A stretch of DNA of 64,000 bases from an uncultured Gammaproteobacteria bacterium (GTDB lineage Bacteria > Pseudomonadota > Gammaproteobacteria > Arenicellales > JAANXG01): assembly GCA_947258785.1 (NCBI GenBank), contig CAMYJT010000011.1, positions 4,114-68,113 of the forward strand, written 5' to 3'. The notes below the pieces were generated by a model. It saw nothing but the letters and a program-made list of their open reading frames with translations. It was not told where the DNA came from and did no database searches. Of the stretch, positions 1 to 9,269 are shown piece by piece. A program made the translations under genes and the position numbers. The stretch's first letter is position 1, and every line of letters starts with the position of its first letter.

Positions 1-431
1 TCGTCCATCGACAGGTCCTCGAGGTGTTCCAGGTTGTACTCGATGGTGTCGATGATCTGCTTCGCGGGTCGTTGCAGTGGGCGCATGAAGTAACTGGTGA
101 CCGTGGCCACGATTGTCCCGAAGAAGATCACCGAGCCGACAACGATCCAGAGACCGCCGACGAGCCGGGCGGGACCGGTGCTTGGCGTGTCCGCAATTCC
201 GGCGGTGGAGAACGCGGCGATTCCCCAATACAGGGCGTCTCCGTATGAGCGTATCGTCGTACCTGTGACTCCGCGCTCCAGAGCGTAGAGTGCGCTGGAA
301 AACAGTACCCAGAGTACGATGAGCAACAAGACGATCCTGATGAAAGACGTCTGGGTAAAGACGCCGTGCAGGTATCTGCCTAGTTTGGGAGTTTGAGCAA
401 TTCTGAGTTTGATCGGATGCTTGGTCGCCAT
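1..431 (-). CDS. Two-TM potassium-channel-family (KcsA/Ion_trans_2-like) protein with atypical filter; 3' end runs off the window
   Basis: Not in the ORF track; translated by hand from ATG at 431 (GAGGA RBS upstream): MATKHPIKL...FIRIVLLLIVLWVLFSSALYALERG...SYGDALYWGIAAFSTAGIADTPSTGPARLVGGLWIVVGSVIFFGTIVATVTSYF. TM1, pore helix (DALYW), filter, TM2 layout. Confidence 0.8.
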   Translation of the reverse strand, partial: MATKHPIKLRIAQTPKLGRYLHGVFTQTSFIRIVLLLIVLWVLFSSALYALERGVTGTTIRSYGDALYWGIAAFSTAGIADTPSTGPARLVGGLWIVVGSVIFFGTIVATVTSYFMRPLQRPAKQIIDTIEYNLEHLEDLSMD

Positions 432-554
432 GCGCAGATTCCTCGTTACCGCCGGCCGGATGCCGGTTTACGGTAAGATAAATGCAAAGTTGCGGCAATC
501 CAATCGCCGCGAGGTTTTAACCCCGGGCAATAAAGAACTTCGAGGAGGATGGAC

Positions 555-1043
555 ATGAACAAAATTGCCGTGCTGCTCATCGGATTGACCGTTGCCGGCG
601 GCCCTGCCGCTCACGCCGCAGAGAAGGTCAAGGACACCACGTGGCAGGTGTTGTACGTCACCGAGGGAAGTTTTCAGGAGGTGAAGGAAAATCTCGAGCT
701 GACCATTGCCGATCAGGGCCTGGTCATCAATAACGTGTCGGCCGTGGGCGCCATGTTGCAGAAGACCGGACAGGACCTCGGCTATGACCGGCAGGTGTAT
801 ACACACGGTGACGTCCTGGAGTTTTGCAGTGCGACGCTTTCGCGGCAGATGATGGAGGCCGATCAATCCAACCTGGTGTTCTGCCCCTTCACCATACAGA
901 TCTACGAGACCCCGGAGCAACCGGGCCAGATCTTTGTCGGTTATCGTCGGCCTGCAATCGTCGGCGACGACGCCTCGAAGACGGCGCTGCGCGCGGTCGA
1001 CGCATTACTGCAGAAAATCGTCAGCGACACCTTGAGTTGGTGA
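555..1043 (+). CDS. DUF302 domain protein, exported
   Basis: GAGGAGG RBS; signal peptide ending AHA; LEFCSA and FCPFTI motifs typical of DUF302. Confidence 0.8.
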   Translation: MNKIAVLLIGLTVAGGPAAHAAEKVKDTTWQVLYVTEGSFQEVKENLELTIADQGLVINNVSAVGAMLQKTGQDLGYDRQVYTHGDVLEFCSATLSRQMMEADQSNLVFCPFTIQIYETPEQPGQIFVGYRRPAIVGDDASKTALRAVDALLQKIVSDTLSW

Positions 1044-1248
1044 AGCGGGCGCGGTCGCCGGCGCAAGCTGCACAACGCGCGGCTGCGCCACATCGGTGCC
1101 AGCGGCCGTTCACCGGCAAAAAGTTGAGCGGAATCAAGTAAAAATCGGCCAGGCTGACGAAGCCGCCGAAACTTCAGACGGGCAGCATAGCGCCTGGTGT
1201 GCCGCTCGACTACATATTTACTAGGTTCCTTACAAACAGAGACCCGCG

Positions 1249-1923
1249 ATGCTTTCACTCCAAACGATTGTGCTGGCCATGGCGGGCGCAGCAGTTGCCG
1301 CGATCTTGTGGCTAACTTATCAAAGGTTTTACGCGAATAAGGGCGTCCCGCATTTCCGGAGACAGGGGAGTCTCATAAGCGCGCAGCAGCAGGCGTTTTA
1401 TCAGGCGCTGGTGCGTGCCGTAGGCCCACACCCGGTGGTCTTCCCGCGCGCCAATCTGTCCTTTCTCGTTGAGTACCCCGGCGACGATTCCGACTACCAG
1501 GCGCACTGGCGCCGGGTCTGCCGGCGCTGGTTGGATTTTGTGGTCTGCAGCCCGTCCAGCGTCAGTCCGGTACTGGCAATTAAACTGGAGTCCCGTCTGG
1601 AGCGCGGCCGCCGGCACATGGGTGGGCTCGACGTGTTGAAGGACACCCTGACCAGCGCCCGGATTCCGCTGCTCAGGTTGCCGTTGGCGGACGATTACGA
1701 CCCGGCAGAGGTCAAGAGTAAGATCAAATGGGTGTTAATGACCGAGCGGCACAAACAGGACACCGGCTTGTTCGACACCGAGGAAATGGCAGACCCGTCT
1801 GCGTTCACCGAGTTCGCTCGCACCCAATTGCCGACATTCTCCCGGTGGACGGCCTCATTGACCGGTCTGGCCGCCGCTGTTGCACGTGTGGCGATCCATC
1901 GCCACTCGCTCTCTTCGCTGTAG
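1249..1923 (+). CDS. DUF2726 domain protein with N-terminal membrane anchor
   Basis: N-terminal TM, LIS-x-xQQAFY, DFVVC, and IPLLRL motifs. Confidence 0.7.
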   Translation: MLSLQTIVLAMAGAAVAAILWLTYQRFYANKGVPHFRRQGSLISAQQQAFYQALVRAVGPHPVVFPRANLSFLVEYPGDDSDYQAHWRRVCRRWLDFVVCSPSSVSPVLAIKLESRLERGRRHMGGLDVLKDTLTSARIPLLRLPLADDYDPAEVKSKIKWVLMTERHKQDTGLFDTEEMADPSAFTEFARTQLPTFSRWTASLTGLAAAVARVAIHRHSLSSL

Positions 1924-2080
1924 CCCGCGGAGTCGGACTGTGGTCCTCGACACACGTTTGCAATCGCCCGGATTGGCCGGCGGGTGTGCGGTTTCCCCCT
2001 CTGGAGCCGGCTCGCCGCTTGGGATCGACGGCCATCGCCGGAACTCGTCCCACAATCATCCTCACTCGAGGGCGACATCG

Positions 2081-2266
2081 ATGCGCAAGCGCGGAGCATT
2101 ATCCGGACAGGCCTTGGAGGAATCTCTAAAACTCCTGATACGGTACGGCGAGCGGCGCTACGGCGCGGACGATCCGGCGGTACAAACACTCAAGCGGCAC
2201 TTGGACCGCCTGCAGGTGAAAAGGGCCTCGCCCGGCAGGCCGCGGCTCGCGGTCGTGCGCAGCTGA
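2081..2266 (+). CDS. Small basic hypothetical protein (61 aa)
   Basis: GAGG upstream of ATG 2081; MRKRGALSGQALEESLKLLIRYGERRYG...; fills the gap before the convergent cyclase gene. Confidence 0.4.
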   Translation: MRKRGALSGQALEESLKLLIRYGERRYGADDPAVQTLKRHLDRLQVKRASPGRPRLAVVRS

Positions 2267-2274
2267 GTGAACGG

Positions 2275-3177
2275 TCAGCGGCCGATGGCTGTGTCCGCCT
2301 CGGGCGGGTCGGTGTGCTCGACGCGGTTCCTGCCCAGCGCCTTGGCCTGGTACATCGAGCGGTCCGCTGCGTCGACGGCCCGTTCGAAGTCGTACTGCTC
2401 AGTGCCGGAATAGACGCCGATGCTGGCCGTTACCCGCACATGAGCCCAGGGACCGGCGAGGCGGATGCGCCGGATCGCGTCGCGCAGACGCCGTCCGATG
2501 CACAGGGTGCCGGCTCGATCCGAGCCCGGTAGAAACAGACAGAACTCCTCTCCACCCCAGCGCCCGGCGAGGTCGCTGTCCCGCAGGGTATGCCGGATGG
2601 CGGCACCGATCTGGCGGAGCGCCGCGTCTCCGGCCTGATGACCGTTGTCGTCATTGATCTGCTTGAAGCGGTCGAGATCGATAAAAATCAATCCATACGG
2701 CAGTTTCATACGCTCCAACAAGGCGAGTTCGCGCCGCGCCATCTGCTCGAAAAAGGGACGCGCGTGAAGTTGCGTTAACTCGTCGCGGGAGACACCGTCG
2801 GTCAGCTCGATGTGAAACTCCATGATGTCGCCGTTCTCCACTGGTACAGCCAGCACCATGAACAGCCGATTGCCCCATTCCGTGACATGGGAATGGGCTA
2901 CGGCCGCCGGTTGGCCGGTGTCTTCCGCCTGCAGTTTGGGGCAAGCCTCGCCTTCCAGGTGGCATGGACGTTGATAACCGTGGGTCAGCTCGTGACAGGT
3001 GTCCTTGCCTTCGCCGTAGATGGCACGGGCGGATCGATTTGCGAACCGCAGGTGATGCCCGGGCTCGATCCACAGTACTGGATAGGGCAGCAGGTCGATG
3101 AAGGGCAGCGCCGACTCGACGGCAGATTCTTTCACCGGTTCGAGAAACTGCGTGGGCATGGAGCCATATTGAATCAT
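2275..3177 (-). CDS. Diguanylate cyclase with N-terminal PAS-like domain
   Basis: DLDRFKQIND..GHQAGD, RxxD I-site (RDSD), GGEEF, ADRSMYQAK. Confidence 0.92.
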   Translation of the reverse strand: MIQYGSMPTQFLEPVKESAVESALPFIDLLPYPVLWIEPGHHLRFANRSARAIYGEGKDTCHELTHGYQRPCHLEGEACPKLQAEDTGQPAAVAHSHVTEWGNRLFMVLAVPVENGDIMEFHIELTDGVSRDELTQLHARPFFEQMARRELALLERMKLPYGLIFIDLDRFKQINDDNGHQAGDAALRQIGAAIRHTLRDSDLAGRWGGEEFCLFLPGSDRAGTLCIGRRLRDAIRRIRLAGPWAHVRVTASIGVYSGTEQYDFERAVDAADRSMYQAKALGRNRVEHTDPPEADTAIGR

Positions 3178-3293
3178 GCGGTGCTCGCCCCGGGGCCTGG
3201 CCGGACACCATTAGGCCGGCTTGGCAAGACGGGGTACAGTCGAGGTCAATTTACTGAATTATTGACGGCCGCCGCGGTCAGCGCAAGTCAAAC

Positions 3294-3307
3294 CTGATAA
3301 AGGTCAA
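3294..3307. promoter_or_regulatory. FNR/CRP-family-like box upstream of USP gene
   Basis: CTGAT-AAAG-GTCAA versus consensus TTGAT-N4-ATCAA (2 mismatches), between divergent DGC and USP genes. Confidence 0.4.
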
Positions 3308-3370
3308 GACTTGACCCCAGAGATTCGCTAGAGTTGGAGGACTGAATGCATTGACTGAGGGGAAAGCGCC

Positions 3371-3808
3371 TTGAAAGTTTATTCACATATCCTGTTGCCG
3401 ACGGACTTTTCGGAACTCAGCGACACTGCCGTGCAGCGGGCCAAAGCGCTGTCTCATTGCTGTGATTCGCACTTGACCGTCATCCACGTCGTCGATTACG
3501 TGCCGCCGGCCTACGTCGCGCCGGAGTTGCCGCCTGACCTGGCTTCCAAGGAGGTTCTGGAGCAGCACGCGCGGGAACGTCTTTCGACGTGGGTCGCCGA
3601 GCAGGGCCTCGAAGGCTGTACGCAGTTGCTCGAGACCGGCTCCGCGCGGAGCAAGATCGTCGCCGCGGCGCGCAACAACGCCGTCGATCTCATTGTAATG
3701 GGAACCCACGGCCAGCGCGGCCTGGCCCGGATCCTGGGTTCGACCACCGCCGCGGTGATGCACGACGCCGAGTGCGACGTCCTGGCGGTGCGCACGGCTT
3801 CCAATTGA
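3371..3808 (+). CDS. Universal stress protein (UspA family)
   Basis: ILLPTDFS, DLIVMGTHG, LGSTT, CDVLAV; TTG start with GAGGG RBS. Confidence 0.93.
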   Translation: MKVYSHILLPTDFSELSDTAVQRAKALSHCCDSHLTVIHVVDYVPPAYVAPELPPDLASKEVLEQHARERLSTWVAEQGLEGCTQLLETGSARSKIVAAARNNAVDLIVMGTHGQRGLARILGSTTAAVMHDAECDVLAVRTASN

Positions 3809-3907
3809 GTTTCTATACGCGTATCGCCCCGCGGTATACGCGCTGAATTAAGCGGTGCCGGTAAGACGTAAGCCATTAAGAATTCGACTCGTCAGTAGGA
3901 GGCGTCT

Positions 3908-5413
3908 ATGCAAGGCCAACCGGAATCCGCAGTCCTCGAGGACTACAAGATGTTAATCGACGGCCAGTGGGTGGCGTCGGCTACCGGGGCCTGCTTCGAG
4001 AGCGACAACCCGTACACTGGACGGCCGTGGGCCCTGATTCCCCGGGGCGGCGAAGCGGACGTCGATCGCGCGGTGCACGCCGCGCACCGCGCGTTCACCA
4101 CCGGCGAGTGGCCACGGCTCACCGCCTCGCAGCGAGGGTCGCTGCTGCGCAATCTGGCCGACCTGCTGAGCGATCATGCCGCTCACCTGGCCGAGATCGA
4201 GGTGCGCGACAACGGCAAGCTGCTGGCCGAAATGGGCGCTCAGCTCAACTACCTGCCGCAGTGGTACTACTATTACGGCGGCCTGGCGGACAAGATCGAG
4301 GGCAGTGTGATTCCCATCGACAAGCCCGGGCACTTCAACTACACCCGTCACGAACCCCTCGGGGTGGTTGGCGCCATCGTCCCGTGGAATTCGCCGCTGC
4401 TGCTCACCGCCTGGAAGCTCGCCCCGGCCCTGGCCGCCGGTAACACTGTCGTCCTCAAACCCTCGGAGTACACCTCGGCGTCCTTGCTCGAGTTTATGAA
4501 GGTGTTCGAGCAGGCGGGATTTCCGCCCGGGGTGGTCAACGTGGTCACCGGTTTCGGTGCCGAAGCCGGGGCGCCGCTGGTCGCCCACCCGCGGGTCGCC
4601 AAGATCGCCTTCACCGGGTCCGAGAAGACCGGTCAAATGATCTACGAAACGGCTGCACGCGGACTGAAACGCGTCGGCCTTGAACTGGGCGGAAAGTCTC
4701 CAAACATCGTGTTCGACGACGCCGACATGGACAACGCGGTCAAAGGGGCGATCTCGGGGATATTTGCCGCTACCGGCCAGACCTGCATCGCCGGGTCGCG
4801 GTTGTTGGTGCAGCGGACCGTGCACGACGAATTCGTCGATCGGCTGGTGGCGTTTGCGCAGACCGCGCGGATGGGCGACCCGATGCGCCGTGACACCCAG
4901 GTCGGTCCGGTCACCAACAAGCCGCAGTATCAGAAGGTGCTGGACTACATCGGCATCGCCAAGCAGGAGGGGGCCGAAACCCGGCTCGGCGGCGGCAAGG
5001 CCGAGCGACCGGAATGCGGCGACGGCTGGTTTGTCGAACCGACGGTGTTCACCGGCGTCCGCAACGCCATGCGGATTGCCCAGGAGGAGGTGTTCGGCCC
5101 GGTGTTGGCGGTGATTCCCTTCGACGACGAAGACGAGGCGGTGGCAATCGGCAACGATGTAGTGTACGGCCTCGCCGCCGGGGTGTGGACCCGGGACATC
5201 CGCCGCGCCATCACCATGGCGGAGCGGCTGCAGGCCGGCACCGTGTGGGTGAACACCTATCGTGCGGTCAGCTACATGTCGCCTTTCGGCGGTTACAAGC
5301 GCAGCGGCCTCGGGCGCGAGAACGGCCAGGACGCGATCAAGGACTACATGCAGACCAAAAGCGTGTGGATCTCGACGGCTACCGAGGTGCCGAACCCCTT
5401 CGTGATGCGATAA
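3908..5413 (+). CDS. NAD-dependent aldehyde dehydrogenase
   Basis: PWN, KPSE, FTGS, catalytic LELGGKS and GQTC, EEVFGPV. Confidence 0.95.
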   Translation: MQGQPESAVLEDYKMLIDGQWVASATGACFESDNPYTGRPWALIPRGGEADVDRAVHAAHRAFTTGEWPRLTASQRGSLLRNLADLLSDHAAHLAEIEVRDNGKLLAEMGAQLNYLPQWYYYYGGLADKIEGSVIPIDKPGHFNYTRHEPLGVVGAIVPWNSPLLLTAWKLAPALAAGNTVVLKPSEYTSASLLEFMKVFEQAGFPPGVVNVVTGFGAEAGAPLVAHPRVAKIAFTGSEKTGQMIYETAARGLKRVGLELGGKSPNIVFDDADMDNAVKGAISGIFAATGQTCIAGSRLLVQRTVHDEFVDRLVAFAQTARMGDPMRRDTQVGPVTNKPQYQKVLDYIGIAKQEGAETRLGGGKAERPECGDGWFVEPTVFTGVRNAMRIAQEEVFGPVLAVIPFDDEDEAVAIGNDVVYGLAAGVWTRDIRRAITMAERLQAGTVWVNTYRAVSYMSPFGGYKRSGLGRENGQDAIKDYMQTKSVWISTATEVPNPFVMR

Positions 5414-5440
5414 TCAGTAACCGCCGATGAATTTGAATCC

Positions 5441-6721
5441 GTGAACCCGCGAGCCGGCGTTAAGCAGTCGGCCACCCGCCGGGCCGGGCAAGGCTTGCTC
5501 GAGGTGTTGCCGGCTGCTGAGCGCGCTTTTGTGCAAAGGTCGGCGTCTCACCTGGGCATGACCGAGCAGGAGACGCGCCAGGTCGCCGAGATCGCCGCCG
5601 ACCTGGCGGCCTGGAACGAGGAGTCGATCGCTGTCCTGTGGCCTGGCGATCCACCGCCGCGTTTGACCGGCAAGGCGGCGCGGACCTGGGTGCTGGAGCG
5701 TTTGCGCGAGCGGTGGGCATCGATGAAGGCCGCGCCCAATCGATACACCGGATTCGGACCCGCGACCCGGCCCACCTCCGCCAAACCGGAGTTGGTCGTT
5801 GAAGACCGGAATACACTGGGATTTGGCCACTGTCCGGTCGCCTCGCCCAAGACCCGCTGCTGTAACCTGATGACGCTGGACGCGGTGGAAAACTGCGGTT
5901 TCGGCTGCAGCTACTGCAGCATCCAATCCTTCTATCACGACGACCGCATATATCTGGACGCCGGCCTTGCCGAGAAGTTGCGGCGCATCGAGATCGATCC
6001 ACGGCAGACCTATCACATCGGCACCGGCCAGTCCTCGGACTCACTGCTGTGGGGCAACAAGCTGGGGCTGCTCGACGAACTGACCGGATTTGCTCGCCGG
6101 CATCCCAACGTCATCCTCGAAATGAAGACCAAGTCGAGAAACGTGGCGTATTTTCTCGAGCAGGATATACCACGCAACCTAATCTGTACCTGGTCGCTGA
6201 ACACCCCCACCATCATCGCCCACGAAGAGCACCAGACCGCGACACTAATTGAGCGGCTGCGCGCAGCGCGCAAGGTGGCGGACCGCGGCGTGCTCGTGGG
6301 TTTTCATTTTCACCCCATGGTCCACTATCACGGCTGGCGGGCCGACTACGCCGCGGTGTTCGCCCGTCTGGCGGCGGAATTCGACCCCTCGGAAGTGGTG
6401 CTGGTGTCGTTCGGCACCCTCACCTTTATCAAACCGGTGATGCGGCTGATTCGGGGCCGGGCGCTCAAGACGCAGATCCTGAAGATGCCGCTCGCCGATG
6501 CCGGGGGCAAGTTCTCCTATCCGGAGGAGGTAAAGCTCGATCTGTTCCGCCACGCCTATCGTGGCCTGCATGCGTGGCACGGCCGGGTGTTTTTCTACCT
6601 GTGCATGGAGCCGCCCGGCCTGTGGCAGCCGGTATTCGGCCACGACTACCCGTCCAACGCGGCTTTCGAGGCGGCGATGACGTCGAGCTATCTCGCGAAG
6701 ATACACCGGTCGGCTCAGTAG
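5441..6721 (+). CDS. Spore photoproduct lyase-like radical SAM protein
   Basis: CxxxCxxC (CGFGCSYC), IGTGQSSDSL, LEMKTKS, WSLN, GFHFHPM, YLCME: SPL-family pattern. Confidence 0.8.
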   Translation: MNPRAGVKQSATRRAGQGLLEVLPAAERAFVQRSASHLGMTEQETRQVAEIAADLAAWNEESIAVLWPGDPPPRLTGKAARTWVLERLRERWASMKAAPNRYTGFGPATRPTSAKPELVVEDRNTLGFGHCPVASPKTRCCNLMTLDAVENCGFGCSYCSIQSFYHDDRIYLDAGLAEKLRRIEIDPRQTYHIGTGQSSDSLLWGNKLGLLDELTGFARRHPNVILEMKTKSRNVAYFLEQDIPRNLICTWSLNTPTIIAHEEHQTATLIERLRAARKVADRGVLVGFHFHPMVHYHGWRADYAAVFARLAAEFDPSEVVLVSFGTLTFIKPVMRLIRGRALKTQILKMPLADAGGKFSYPEEVKLDLFRHAYRGLHAWHGRVFFYLCMEPPGLWQPVFGHDYPSNAAFEAAMTSSYLAKIHRSAQ

Positions 6722-6835
6722 CCCTTGGAGGTTTGCGGCCGGGGCCGCGACAGTAGGTGTCAGACCGGATTGCATTGCGTTGCTCGAATCCCCTATGCTG
6801 AAATTCCATGACACAATGACACGTTGAGGGCCGAG

Positions 6836-7816
6836 ATGTCTGACTCAGAGCAGCGCGTGATGTTTGTCTTCCCCGGTCAGGGCTCTCAATATCCCGGGAT
6901 GGGCAGTGATCTGTATCGGCAATACGCTGCGGCCCGGCGCATCTACGACGAGGCCTCCGAGGTTCTCGATTACGACATGGCCAGACTCTCCTTCGAGGAC
7001 CCCGACGGTGAGCTGGATCTCACCCGCTTCACCCAACCCGCGCTGTTGACCCACCATATGGCCTGTCTGGAGGTGTTTCGCGAGCGGGTGGCCGCGCCCA
7101 TCAACCCGGTGGCTGCGGCGGGACACAGCCTGGGCGAGTACAGCGCGCTGGTAGTGGCGGGCGCCTTGAGCTTCGCGGAGGGGCTGCGGTTGGTGCGGCA
7201 CCGGGGCGAACTGATGAGCGAGCACGGTGAGGGCGGCATGCTCGCACTTCCCCTCGACGTCGATGCCGCCCAGCGGCTGGCGGAGAAGCACTTTTGCGCC
7301 GTCGCCAGCCTTAATCTCCCCCAGCAAACCGTCGTCGGTGGCGCCGGCGCGGATCTGGATGGCCTGGCCGAAGAAGTGTCGGCCCTGTATCCGCGGCGGC
7401 CGGCGGTGCGCCTGAAGACGGAAGGTGCCTTCCACACCTATTTCATGGTCGAGGCGGCGTGCCGGTTCCGGTCGGTGCTGGACGTGTCGGTGATGGCGGT
7501 GCCACGGTTCCCGGTGTTATCCAACTACTCCGGTGGATTCCACGACCCCGACGTCGAGAGCATCAAGGCGCGATTGTTTTTTCAGTTGTTCAATCCGGTG
7601 GATTGGATGGGCTGTCTGCGCACAGCGATGGGCGACGCGGTGTCCACTGTGATTGAATTCGGTGGCGGTATCGGTGTTGGCGAAGGACCCGGAGACAAGC
7701 GCCCGAACCTCGAAAGCATCATCAAAAAGGCTTGGCGCGCCCTGGACTACAGTGCCGACTACGTCCCGGCCATCAATACCGTTACCATCGAGGCCGCCAT
7801 GGTGGACAGAGCGTAA
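6836..7816 (+). CDS. FabD-like malonyl-CoA:ACP transacylase (stand-alone)
   Basis: FPGQGSQ, TQPA, GHSLGE nucleophile, conserved Arg (RGELM), GAFH. Confidence 0.88.
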   Translation: MSDSEQRVMFVFPGQGSQYPGMGSDLYRQYAAARRIYDEASEVLDYDMARLSFEDPDGELDLTRFTQPALLTHHMACLEVFRERVAAPINPVAAAGHSLGEYSALVVAGALSFAEGLRLVRHRGELMSEHGEGGMLALPLDVDAAQRLAEKHFCAVASLNLPQQTVVGGAGADLDGLAEEVSALYPRRPAVRLKTEGAFHTYFMVEAACRFRSVLDVSVMAVPRFPVLSNYSGGFHDPDVESIKARLFFQLFNPVDWMGCLRTAMGDAVSTVIEFGGGIGVGEGPGDKRPNLESIIKKAWRALDYSADYVPAINTVTIEAAMVDRA

Positions 7817-7831
7817 TCCCACGCTGTAGGT

Positions 7832-8236
7832 TCACACCTGCTCCAATTCGATCAGGGTGCCGTTGAAGTCCTTCGGGTGCAGGAACAATACCGCTTTGCC
7901 ATGGGCGCCGGTCTTCGGTTCGCCGTCGCCGAGGACGCGGGCGCCGGTAGCGGCCAGCCGGTCGCGGGCGGCGAGGATGTCCTCGACCTCGTAACAGACG
8001 TGGTGCATCCCGCCGTCGGGGTGCCGGTCGAGAAACTTCCGGATCGGCGATCCCTCGCCCAGCGGGTGCAGCAATTCGATCTTGGTGTTGGGGAGCTCGA
8101 CGAACACCGTGGTGACACCGTGCGCGGGCAGCGCCACCGGGTCGGACACCCGTGCTCCGAGGGTGTCTCGATAGACAGCGCTGGCGGCGGCCAGATCGGG
8201 TACGACGATGGCGACGTGATTCAGGTTTCCAATCAT
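7832..8236 (-). CDS. mce: Methylmalonyl-CoA epimerase
   Basis: [41 protein letters not shown]; last gene of the mcm operon. Confidence 0.95.
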   Translation of the reverse strand: MIGNLNHVAIVVPDLAAASAVYRDTLGARVSDPVALPAHGVTTVFVELPNTKIELLHPLGEGSPIRKFLDRHPDGGMHHVCYEVEDILAARDRLAATGARVLGDGEPKTGAHGKAVLFLHPKDFNGTLIELEQV

Positions 8237-9261
8237 TTGGGGTCCTCGGTCAGTTTCTGTTGCTTAGCTCGGCGCCGGGGGGCGGCGGCATTCAGGAAGG
8301 TCCCGATCAACTCTCCTGCCGCCACCGTCGGTGGCAGGCGGCCTTCGGTGACGGCGTCCTCCAGGGCAGCGACCTGCTCCTGGACCTGGGGATGCGTCTT
8401 GAGTTGCGCGACCAGGGTCTCCGCGGTCTCCGCCCACATCCAGGCACGGGCCTGCGCGGCCCGGCGCGCCGCCAGGGCGCCGTCCCGGCTCAGTAATTCT
8501 CGATAACGGCACACCTGACGCCAGACTTCGGGGATACCGTGGCCCTCAACGGCCGAGCAAGTATCGACCGGTACCCGCCAGTCGGCGGCACGGGGGTGTA
8601 GAAAGCGCAGGGCGTTGGCGTACTCGGCGGCGGAATGCGCCGCGGCCGCGGTCATCTCTCCGTCGGCTTTATTGACCAGGATCAGGTCCGCCAGCTCCAC
8701 GATGCCGCGCTTGATCCCCTGCAGTTCGTCGCCGCCACCTGGCAGCAGCAGCAGGATGAACATGTCGGTCATTTCCGCGACGGCGGTCTCGGACTGTCCC
8801 ACGCCCACGGTCTCGACCACAATGACGTCGAAGCCGGCGGCTTCGCACAACAGCATCGTCTCCCGGGTGCGGCGCGTGACACCACCCAGGGTGCCGCCGG
8901 CCGGGGACGGCCGGATGAACGCCGCCCGCCGGCGCGACAGGCGCTCCATTCTGGTTTTGTCGCCGAGGATGGAGCCACCGCTCACTGCCGAGCTGGGATC
9001 GACGGCCAGCACTGCCACGCGATGCTGTTGGTCGATGATATGGTTGCCCAGAGCCTCGATAAAGGTGGATTTGCCGACCCCCGGTGCACCGGTAATACCG
9101 ATGCGGATGGAGTTGCCGGTATGTGGCATTAGCCGTTCCAGCAGATCGACCGCCGCCGCTCGGTGATCGGGCCGGGTCGACTCCACCAGCGTGATGGCGC
9201 GAGCCAGCGCCCGCCGGTCGCCCCGCACCACGGCATCGGGCAGGGTATTCGGGTCGGCCAA
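8233..9261 (-). CDS. meaB: Methylmalonyl-CoA mutase-associated GTPase
   Basis: [38 protein letters not shown]. Confidence 0.95.
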   Translation of the reverse strand: MADPNTLPDAVVRGDRRALARAITLVESTRPDHRAAAVDLLERLMPHTGNSIRIGITGAPGVGKSTFIEALGNHIIDQQHRVAVLAVDPSSAVSGGSILGDKTRMERLSRRRAAFIRPSPAGGTLGGVTRRTRETMLLCEAAGFDVIVVETVGVGQSETAVAEMTDMFILLLLPGGGDELQGIKRGIVELADLILVNKADGEMTAAAAHSAAEYANALRFLHPRAADWRVPVDTCSAVEGHGIPEVWRQVCRYRELLSRDGALAARRAAQARAWMWAETAETLVAQLKTHPQVQEQVAALEDAVTEGRLPPTVAAGELIGTFLNAAAPRRRAKQQKLTEDPK

Positions 9262-9269
9262 TGCTCGGC

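Noticed and set aside
24-288. Plus-strand ORFs 24-248 and 97-288
   Set aside because: Antisense shadows of the minus-strand channel gene.
6735-6749. GCGGCCGGGGCCGCG repeated at 55618-55632 as a possible REP element
   Set aside because: Only two short all-GC copies; plausible by chance at this GC content.
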